DNA of 64,000 bases from Chloroflexota bacterium (GTDB taxonomy: Bacteria > Chloroflexota > Limnocylindria > Limnocylindrales > CSP1-4), in contig JBFMAT010000013.1 of the NCBI GenBank assembly GCA_040755495.1, positions 7,968 to 71,967 of the forward strand. Reading direction: 5' to 3'. The translations under genes and the position numbers were made by a program. The notes below the pieces were generated by a model. It had not been told where the DNA came from, did not search any database, and worked only from the letters and a program-made list of their open reading frames with translations. Positions 57,405 to 64,000 of the stretch are shown piece by piece (the first letter of the stretch is position 1; every line of letters starts with the position of its first letter).

Positions 57405-59055
57405 CGGCCCCGGCGCCCGGCTCCGGGCCGCCGATCCAGCCGCGGCGGCGGCGCTCCTGGCCGGGCTGGGGGCGCTGGCCGTCATCCGCACCACGATGCT
57501 GCCCACGGTCGGATCGTGGGACACCGCCGAGGCGCAGGTCGTGCTGCCGGTCCTGGGCACGATGCACCCCACGGGGTTCCCGGCCTACGTGGTCCTCGGC
57601 TGGCTGGCCTCGATCGTCCTGGCGCCGCTCGGCACGCCGGCGTTCCTGATGAACCTGCTGTCGGCGCTGCTGGTGGCGCTCGCCGTCGGGGCCACGGTGC
57701 TCGTCACTCGCCGCCTGGGCACGCCGCTGCCGCTCGCCATTGGCGTGGCGGCCGGCTTCGCGCTGACGCCGGTCGTGTGGTCCATCGGCAACGCCGCCGA
57801 CGCGCACGCGCTCCACCTGGCGCTGGTCGTGCTGCTGGTGCTGCTGCTCCTCCGCTGGGAGCGGCTCGTCGACCGGCGGGACGCGCTGCCCGGCGACCCG
57901 GCGGTCTCGCGGGCCGCCGACCGGGCGATCGTCCTCGCCGCGGGCGTGTTCGGCGTGGCGGTCGCCAACCACGCGCTGTCGCTGCTGCTCGTGCCGGCGA
58001 TCGGGCTGTACGTCCTGGCCGTCGAGCCGCGCGTCCTCCGCCGGCCGAGGCTGGTGCTCGCGGCGCTCGGCGCGTGTCTCGGGGTGGCCGCGCTGCTCTA
58101 CCTCCAGCTACCGCTGCGGGCCGGGCCGTTCCGGGCGCCGCTCGTGTACGGCCGGCCGGACACCTGGACGGGGTTCTGGGATATCGTGCTCGCCCGCCAG
58201 TTCCAGGGCGACGTCGTGAGCCCCTGGGCGGACCCGGCGGGCAAGGTCCGTTCCCTGGTGGGGCTCGCGCAGGACCAGCTCGGGCCGCTGGTCGCGCTGC
58301 TGCCCGCGGGCCTCCTGGTCACCGCCGCGCGCTTCCCGCGCTACGCCCTGCTGTCCGGCGTCGCCACGGGGGTCACCGTGCTGTTCGCCAGCTCCTACGT
58401 CAATGCCCGGATCGACCGCTACTACCTGGGCCCGGTGTTCTTCTCCTGGACCTGGCTGGCGGTGCTCGGTGCCGTGGTGGTGGACGCGTTCACGGGCCGC
58501 CGGCGCGGGGCGGTGGCCGGGGCGCCGGCCGGGGCGAACACGCGCGACGTCGTGGACTCGAGCGACGCGGCCGCGGGGCCGGAGGAGGAGCTGCCCGTCG
58601 ACGTCCCCGCCTGGCGCACGCCGGCGGTCGTGGTGTCGGTCGCGCTCGCCGTCGCGCTGCTGGTGCCCACCGCGACCGTCCTCGCCGAGCGGTGGCGCTC
58701 CGTCGACCGCTCGCGCGACACCTGGGTGGAGGCCTGGCTGGACCAGGCGCTCGAGGCCATGGAGCCCGACGCGGTCGTGGTCTCGTGGTGGTCCTACTCC
58801 ACGCCGCTGTGGTACGCCCAGCTGGTGGAGGGCCGGCGGACCGACGTGTTCATCGTGGACGACCGGACGCGCCTCGACCTCGAGCTGGGCGAGCTCGAGG
58901 ACGTGATCGACGCCTACCTCGGTACGCGGCCCGTGTACCTGATGCGGCTGACCGAGGGCGAGATCGACGACCTGCGCGACGACTACGTGATCGTCCGCGC
59001 CGGCGGCCCGGGTAACCTGTTCCGCGTGACCGGCCGACAGGAGACCGCCTCGTGA
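57394..59055 (+). CDS. DUF2723/TMEM260-like GT-C protein
   Basis: WDTAEAQ..LGTMHPTGFPAY, NH, YLQLPLR, PDTW, TPLWYAQLVEGRRTDV. Confidence 0.8.
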   Translation: MAGSGPGARLRAADPAAAAALLAGLGALAVIRTTMLPTVGSWDTAEAQVVLPVLGTMHPTGFPAYVVLGWLASIVLAPLGTPAFLMNLLSALLVALAVGATVLVTRRLGTPLPLAIGVAAGFALTPVVWSIGNAADAHALHLALVVLLVLLLLRWERLVDRRDALPGDPAVSRAADRAIVLAAGVFGVAVANHALSLLLVPAIGLYVLAVEPRVLRRPRLVLAALGACLGVAALLYLQLPLRAGPFRAPLVYGRPDTWTGFWDIVLARQFQGDVVSPWADPAGKVRSLVGLAQDQLGPLVALLPAGLLVTAARFPRYALLSGVATGVTVLFASSYVNARIDRYYLGPVFFSWTWLAVLGAVVVDAFTGRRRGAVAGAPAGANTRDVVDSSDAAAGPEEELPVDVPAWRTPAVVVSVALAVALLVPTATVLAERWRSVDRSRDTWVEAWLDQALEAMEPDAVVVSWWSYSTPLWYAQLVEGRRTDVFIVDDRTRLDLELGELEDVIDAYLGTRPVYLMRLTEGEIDDLRDDYVIVRAGGPGNLFRVTGRQETAS

Positions 59056-59840
59056 CCACCGCCGCCCCCGCGGAGGGCGACGCGCCCGCGCGGGTCTCGC
59101 GCCTCTCGTACTTCTTCCCGGCCCACAACGAGGAGGCGAACCTCGAGGGCCTGGTCGCGGAGGCGCTCGAGACGCTCCCCTCGCTGGCCGACACGTTCGA
59201 GATCATCGCCGTGAACGACGGCTCGCGCGACCGCACCGCGGAGATCGCGGACCGGCTGGCGGCCGCGAACCCGGACGTCGTGCGCGTCGTGCACCACCCG
59301 GTCAACCGCGGCTATGGCGGCGCCCTGCGCTCGGGCTTCGAGGCGTCGCGCTACGAGCTCCTCGCGTACACGGACGGCGACCGCCAGTTCAGGATCGCGG
59401 ACCTCGGGCGCCTGACGGCCCGCCTGCAGGCCCCCGACCGCCCGGACGTCGTGGTGGGCTACCGCATCAAGCGCGCCGACCCGCTGATCCGGATCGTGTA
59501 CGCGCAGACCTACAAGCTCGCCAACCGGCTCCTGTTCGGCCTCCGCGTGCGGGACGTGGACTGCGCGGCCAAGCTGTTCCGCCGCGAGGCGCTGCTCGAC
59601 GTGCGGGTGGAGTCGGGCGGGGCGTTCTTCTCCGCGGAGCTGCTGATCAAGGTCCGCAACCAGGGCCGGTCCGTCGTCGAGGTGGGCGTGCCCCACTACC
59701 CGCGGACGGCCGGGTCGCCCACGGGCGCTAAGCCGTCGGTCATCTGGCGGGCGGTGAAGGACTTCTGGGGCCTGCGCCTGCGGCTGTGGGCCAACCGCGA
59801 GCGGGCCCTGCGACGGGGCCGGCCGATCCTGGGCGCCTGA
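59052..59840 (+). CDS. GT2 polyprenol-phosphate glycosyltransferase (DPM1/Ppm1-like)
   Basis: PAHNEE, VNDGSRD, NRGYGGAL, TDGDRQF, RDVDCAAKLFRR. Confidence 0.88.
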   Translation: MTTAAPAEGDAPARVSRLSYFFPAHNEEANLEGLVAEALETLPSLADTFEIIAVNDGSRDRTAEIADRLAAANPDVVRVVHHPVNRGYGGALRSGFEASRYELLAYTDGDRQFRIADLGRLTARLQAPDRPDVVVGYRIKRADPLIRIVYAQTYKLANRLLFGLRVRDVDCAAKLFRREALLDVRVESGGAFFSAELLIKVRNQGRSVVEVGVPHYPRTAGSPTGAKPSVIWRAVKDFWGLRLRLWANRERALRRGRPILGA

Positions 59841-59900
59841 GCCGATCCTGGGCGCCTGAGCCGATCCTGGGCGCCTGAGCCGATCCTGGGCGGCGCCTGA
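59822..59900 (+). repeat. 19-bp tandem repeat, 4 copies (VNTR-like)
   Basis: GCCGATCCTGGGCGCCTGA x3 exact, then a 4th copy with a 3-nt insertion; the first copy contains the GT2 stop codon. Confidence 0.95.
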
Positions 59901-59919
59901 CGAGCCACGGGAGGCCCGC

Positions 59920-60516
59920 TCAGCTGGAGGAGCCCGCCCCTCCGCGTTGGTCGCCCTCGAGGTCCAGCGAGTTGACGAACTCCCGGAACACGTCCAGGCG
60001 CGCAGCGTCGATGTGCTCGCCGGTCGCCTCCAGCGCGGTGCCGGTGAGCGCGGCCGGGCGGCCCCCGGCCTCGCCCTCCTCGACGTCCGCGGCGGCGTCC
60101 GGCCCGAGCGCCGCCCGGTCCAGCACGTCCTCGGCGGCGAAGATCGGCGCGCCGAGGCGGACGGCCAGCGCGATCGCGTCGGACGGCCGGGCGTCGATCT
60201 CGTGCCTGGCGTCCGGCAGGACCAGCACGAGGCGCGCGTGGAACGTCTCGTCGGCCAGCGAGGAGATCAGGACGCGGTCCACGCGCGCCCCCAGCTCCCC
60301 GAGCACGGTCGCGAACAGGTCGTGCGTGAGCGGGCGCTCGGGGGCGAGGCCCTGGAGCCGCATCGCGATGGCGCTCGCCTCCCAGGGGCCGATCCAGATC
60401 GGCAGGTAGCGGTCCCGGTCGGACTGCTTGAGGATCACCACGTGACGGCTGGAGAGCATGTGGACGCGGACGCTCTCGACGACCATCTCGATCTCGTTGC
60501 GCGGCTCGTCGGCCAT
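59920..60516 (-). CDS. Bifunctional nuclease family protein (DUF151)
   Basis: LPIWIGPWEA, RPLTHDL, DARPSDAIALA. Confidence 0.92.
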   Translation of the reverse strand: MADEPRNEIEMVVESVRVHMLSSRHVVILKQSDRDRYLPIWIGPWEASAIAMRLQGLAPERPLTHDLFATVLGELGARVDRVLISSLADETFHARLVLVLPDARHEIDARPSDAIALAVRLGAPIFAAEDVLDRAALGPDAAADVEEGEAGGRPAALTGTALEATGEHIDAARLDVFREFVNSLDLEGDQRGGAGSSS

Positions 60517-60561
60517 GACCGGATTATCCCACCTGGGCCGGGAGGCGGCCCGGACGACCCT

Positions 60562-61263
60562 TCAGCGCGTCCAGGCCCGGGCCCGCATGCGGAACGGGAG
60601 CGCCAGCAGCGCGCCCATCACGAAGCCGCCGATGTGGGCGAAGAAGGCCACCCCGCCCTCGACGCCCGTGGCCGCGCCGAGCGATCCCAGCCCGTCGATC
60701 ACCTGGAGCACGAACCAGAACCCCAGCACGATCACCGCCGGCACCGCGATCAGCTGGTAGAAGAAGCCGAGGAACACGAGCGACTGGATGCGGGCGCCGG
60801 GGTACAGCACGAGGTACGCCCCCAGCGTCGCCGAGATCGCCCCCGACGCGCCGATCATCGGGATGTCGGAGGCCGGGTCGATCAGCACCTGGCCGGCAAC
60901 CGCCGCCACCCCACCGAGCAGGTAGAAGCCCAGGTACAGCGGGCGGCCCATCAGGTCCTCGACGTTGTTGCCGAAGATCCACAGGTACAGCATGTTGCCC
61001 AGCAGGTGCAGCCAGCCGGCGTGCAGGAACATGCTGGTGAACACGTCGAGGACCGGGTCCGACAGCCAGTCGCCGCGGCCGACCGCGGCGGACAGCTGGG
61101 CGGGCACGGTGCCGTGCTCCAGGATGAAGGCGTTGAGCGCCTCGTCGCCGCCCTGCACCAGGAGCCCCAGCTGCCACGCGAACGCGATGCCGCACGCGGC
61201 GATCAGCGCCAGCGTGACGACCGGCGTGCGGCGGGTCGGGTTGGCGTCGCGGAGCGGGATCAC
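60562..61263 (-). CDS. Rhomboid intramembrane serine protease
   Basis: IPLRDANP, SMFLHAGWLHLLGNM, GASG, AHIGGF. Confidence 0.92.
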   Translation of the reverse strand: MIPLRDANPTRRTPVVTLALIAACGIAFAWQLGLLVQGGDEALNAFILEHGTVPAQLSAAVGRGDWLSDPVLDVFTSMFLHAGWLHLLGNMLYLWIFGNNVEDLMGRPLYLGFYLLGGVAAVAGQVLIDPASDIPMIGASGAISATLGAYLVLYPGARIQSLVFLGFFYQLIAVPAVIVLGFWFVLQVIDGLGSLGAATGVEGGVAFFAHIGGFVMGALLALPFRMRARAWTR

Positions 61264-61279
61264 CGGCAGTCGGCCGTGA

Positions 61280-63571
61280 TCACGGCTTGGGGGTCTTGCG
61301 CGGCTTCTTGGTGGGGGTCGGGGCCGGGGTGGCCTCGGGCGAGGCGGAGGCCGAGGCGGAGGGCGACGGGGCGGGCTCATCGGGCACGGCCTCGAGGCTC
61401 GCGCTGTGGAGGCCGTTGGCCGAGATCCACCACAGGGTCGGGGCCGTGGTCGCGTCGGTCGCGGGCAGGACGACGAGATCGCGGAGGTTGCGCCACGCCT
61501 CGTCACCGCCAGCAAGGCGGTACTGGGCCACGAAGTCGCCGTTCGCCTTGCTGAACGCCACGACCCGCTGGTTGGCCGAGTCGTAGGCATACAGCGGGCC
61601 GTCGCGCCGGCTGGGCGAGCCGTCCGGCTTGTCGGGCGAGGACAGGAGCACGTAGTTCGACTCGGGGCGCAGGAGCGTGTCCCCGGGCGGCGACGCCTGC
61701 CAGCCGGAGGCGGGGATCACGCGCCCGACCGCGCCGTCCTCGGCCACGAAGATGTCGCCGTCGATCAGCAGGTCCGTGATCCCGTCCACGGGACGGTCGG
61801 TCGGCAGGCGGCGGGTGGGGTTGACCGGGTAGCCGGAGCCGTCGTTGGCCGGGTCCAGGACCATGATGTTCTGCTCGGACGGGTCCACGATGTACAGCTT
61901 GTAGAACGCCGCGTCGAAGTTGGCCACGAAGGTGGCGATCGCGCGGATGTCGTTGCCCCAGGAGGCCGACTCCTTGACCGGGATGCGGACCAGGGTGCCC
62001 CTGCCGTTGGCGTTGGCCGGCCGCCACCGCCAGAGCACGTTCTTGGCGTCGAGGATCAGGACGTCCGGGCCGCCGGTCGCGATGAACTTGGGGTCCGCGA
62101 CCCGCGTCCCGGATGCCTTCTGGCCGGACCGCGCCACGGGCGAGGCGGTCCGCTTCGCGCGGTCGATCCGCCACACGGTCTTGGTCCCGGCGTCGAGCAC
62201 GTAGGGTGCGCCATCGGAGCCGCGGACGACGCCGGTCAGCGAGACGTCGCCGGCGTCGGCGGGGAACGTGAACAGCGTCGTGGTGCGGATCGGCACCACG
62301 CCGTACAGGCGGTCGAGCCCGGCCAGGGTCTGCTTGCGCACGGGCTCGATCAGGCGGGCCGGATAGCCGGACCCCTCGGCCGTGTCGAGCTCGCGGTACG
62401 CCGTCTGGAGCAGCTCCAGGGCGCGGCGGGGGTCGTCCTCGATGAGGTCGATGCCGGGCCCGGTGACCTGGGCCAGCGCCGCCTCGGCGGCCTCGAACGC
62501 CCGCTGGGCGACGGTGATCGACTTCACGGCCTCGCCCGGCTGCCGCTGCCCGCCGAACGCGTACACCCCGAGGCCCAGGGTGGCCGCCACGGCCACGAAC
62601 GCCAGCAGCGCCACCGCGGCCCGCCGCTGGGTCTCGATGCGGCTGGTCGCGCCGGTCACCCGGCGGACGCCGGGCCGGCGCCGCGGCAGCAGGTCCTGGA
62701 GCCGCCACACGGCGCGCTGGAAGCCGTTCCCGGCCGCGCTCCGCGCCCGGGTGGCGCCCGCGCCCAGGGCCGCCGCTCCGGCCGTCACGGAGTCCGCCAG
62801 CGGGATCGGGGAGCGGTCCGGGGCGCCGGCCAGGGGCTCGGCGGGCCGGACGGGGACCAGCGACTTCGCCTTGTAGGTCGCGCCGACCTCCGTGGCCTCG
62901 AACGCCAGCGCGCCGTCGCTGCCCTTGCCGTCGGCGGCGACGAACCGGGCGTGGAGGTGCTCCACGGCGGACTGCGGGTGGAGCGTGACCAGCGCGTCCT
63001 TGAGCGCGTCGGTGCCGATCCGGGCGACCACGTTCGCGGACACGAGGCACAGCGAGTCCCCGACCGACAGCTCGCCGCGCCAGACCTCCGGCTCCAGCCC
63101 CTCGGCCGGCATGCCGCGCTCGCGGTGCGGGTCGGGGAGCGTGGACAGCCGGGCCTGGCGGATGAGGTAGGCCTCGGCCGGCCCGACCGTCGCCACGTAC
63201 AGCTCGCGGCCCCGGACGACGGCCACGGCGACCCCGATCGGGCCGGCTCCGTCCGCCTGGTGCCCCACGCCGTACCGGTCGCGCTGGTGGGCGAGCCGCT
63301 TGTTGGCGACGCCCAACGCCTTGATCAGGCACTGGCGGATGCCGGCCGACTCGTCGTAGTAGTACTCGTTGCGGATGGTGTCGGCGACGACGCGGGTGGC
63401 CTCCCGCGCGCGGCTGCCGGGGTACCGCGACGTCACCAGGAGGTACAGGTGGCCCTTGGTCCGGGCGACCGACCCGACCGACGGCTCCACCACGACGACC
63501 GTGTCGGGCGAATCGGCGAGCCGATCCTGCTCCGTGACGGCGCCGAGCTTCAGCTGGAGGCGGACGGCCAA
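61280..63571 (-). CDS. Membrane protein: degenerate PP2C-like N-domain, one TM, extracellular beta-rich (propeller-like) domain
   Basis: ANKRL..VAVAVVRGRELYVATVGP..AYLIR..LSVGDSLCLVS; TM after QRR; repeated YVLD/ILD/YIVD/YAYD strands; TATAAT at 63658-63663 (minus). Confidence 0.7.
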   Translation of the reverse strand: MAVRLQLKLGAVTEQDRLADSPDTVVVVEPSVGSVARTKGHLYLLVTSRYPGSRAREATRVVADTIRNEYYYDESAGIRQCLIKALGVANKRLAHQRDRYGVGHQADGAGPIGVAVAVVRGRELYVATVGPAEAYLIRQARLSTLPDPHRERGMPAEGLEPEVWRGELSVGDSLCLVSANVVARIGTDALKDALVTLHPQSAVEHLHARFVAADGKGSDGALAFEATEVGATYKAKSLVPVRPAEPLAGAPDRSPIPLADSVTAGAAALGAGATRARSAAGNGFQRAVWRLQDLLPRRRPGVRRVTGATSRIETQRRAAVALLAFVAVAATLGLGVYAFGGQRQPGEAVKSITVAQRAFEAAEAALAQVTGPGIDLIEDDPRRALELLQTAYRELDTAEGSGYPARLIEPVRKQTLAGLDRLYGVVPIRTTTLFTFPADAGDVSLTGVVRGSDGAPYVLDAGTKTVWRIDRAKRTASPVARSGQKASGTRVADPKFIATGGPDVLILDAKNVLWRWRPANANGRGTLVRIPVKESASWGNDIRAIATFVANFDAAFYKLYIVDPSEQNIMVLDPANDGSGYPVNPTRRLPTDRPVDGITDLLIDGDIFVAEDGAVGRVIPASGWQASPPGDTLLRPESNYVLLSSPDKPDGSPSRRDGPLYAYDSANQRVVAFSKANGDFVAQYRLAGGDEAWRNLRDLVVLPATDATTAPTLWWISANGLHSASLEAVPDEPAPSPSASASASPEATPAPTPTKKPRKTPKP

Positions 63572-63658
63572 GGTGGGACCCCCATGACAACGATGACGAC
63601 GCGAGCCGGGGTCATCGGGTGACGCGGCGGAACGCGCCCGTCGGCAGCGGGAGTCGGA

Positions 63659-64000
63659 TTATACGCGTGGTCGGCCCCGGTCCCCCGGCTCGCCCCCCCG
63701 TCCCTCCCGATCGCCGGAGCCCCGGTCGCCGGCCAGCCGGAGGTGCCGCACCCGGGCGCCGCCCGGCGCGGCGCCGAAGGCCTCGAGCAGCTCCAGGGCG
63801 CGCATCCGCAGCTCCGCCGCCACGATGGGCTCGTCCACCGCCACGACGATCGCGTCCGGCTCGACGCGGACCAGCCGGCACGCTCCCGCCGCGGGCGGCA
63901 CCCGCTCCGCGACCAGGGCGTCCCAGGTGGCGATCGCCCGGGCGAGGCGAAGCTCGTCCTCCAGTCCCAGCCGCCGGGCGGCCTCGGGCAGCAGGTCGCC
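63659..64000 (-). CDS. DciA/DUF721-like protein (5' truncated by the window edge)
   Basis: Frame is open to the window end: GDLLPEAARRLGLEDELRLARAIATWDALV...IVVAVDEPIVAAELRM. Confidence 0.6.
   Translation of the reverse strand, partial: GDLLPEAARRLGLEDELRLARAIATWDALVAERVPPAAGACRLVRVEPDAIVVAVDEPIVAAELRMRALELLEAFGAAPGGARVRHLRLAGDRGSGDREGRGGEPGDRGRPRV

Noticed and set aside
55914-57572. N-terminal 550-aa extension making the PMT ORF 2334 aa
   Set aside because: It is antisense to the GT-C gene at 55941-57404; a clear SD and -10 place the true start at 55913.
59822-59900. Possible CRISPR array
   Set aside because: The repeats are directly adjacent with no spacers, derive from the gene end, and no cas genes are present.

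Overview
Very GC-rich bacterial chromosomal segment with mostly core and envelope genes. No tRNA, rRNA, CRISPR array or transposase was detected. Gene content and protein style suggest a monoderm, most likely Chloroflexota (Limnocylindria-like); this is an inference. In order: hpt with a nuclease-fold gene and a Zn-ribbon gene; csoR with its operator; DnaA boxes and a sigma70 promoter before rsmG; a KimA-like/USP/two-TrkA potassium cluster; an hsp20-hspR-lon-dnaJ(cbpA)-clpB heat-shock operon; purH, glpX and folK; a MidA/NDUFAF7 methyltransferase next to a complex I (nuo) operon; tlpA, a sortase-like gene, corA and an MFS transporter; an ArsR-led phosphatidylinositol-mannoside-type operon (pgsA-like, ino1, two acyltransferases, PHP, PimA-like); a GT-C/protein O-mannosylation cluster; and DUF151, rhomboid, a pseudo-PP2C membrane protein and a DciA-like gene. 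The most striking feature is the complex I. NuoI is split in two: its N-half is fused to a clusterless NuoE fragment, and its C-half is fused to the end of a NuoG-GltD (StnC/NfnA-like) flavoprotein, with a degenerate NuoF between them. This suggests an NADPH-type input module inserted into nuoI, with two Fe-S clusters shared between polypeptides. A second highlight is a PHP-domain gene inside the PI/PIM operon, a candidate for the unassigned phosphatidylinositol-phosphate phosphatase. All calls come from motif recognition by eye; no searches were run.
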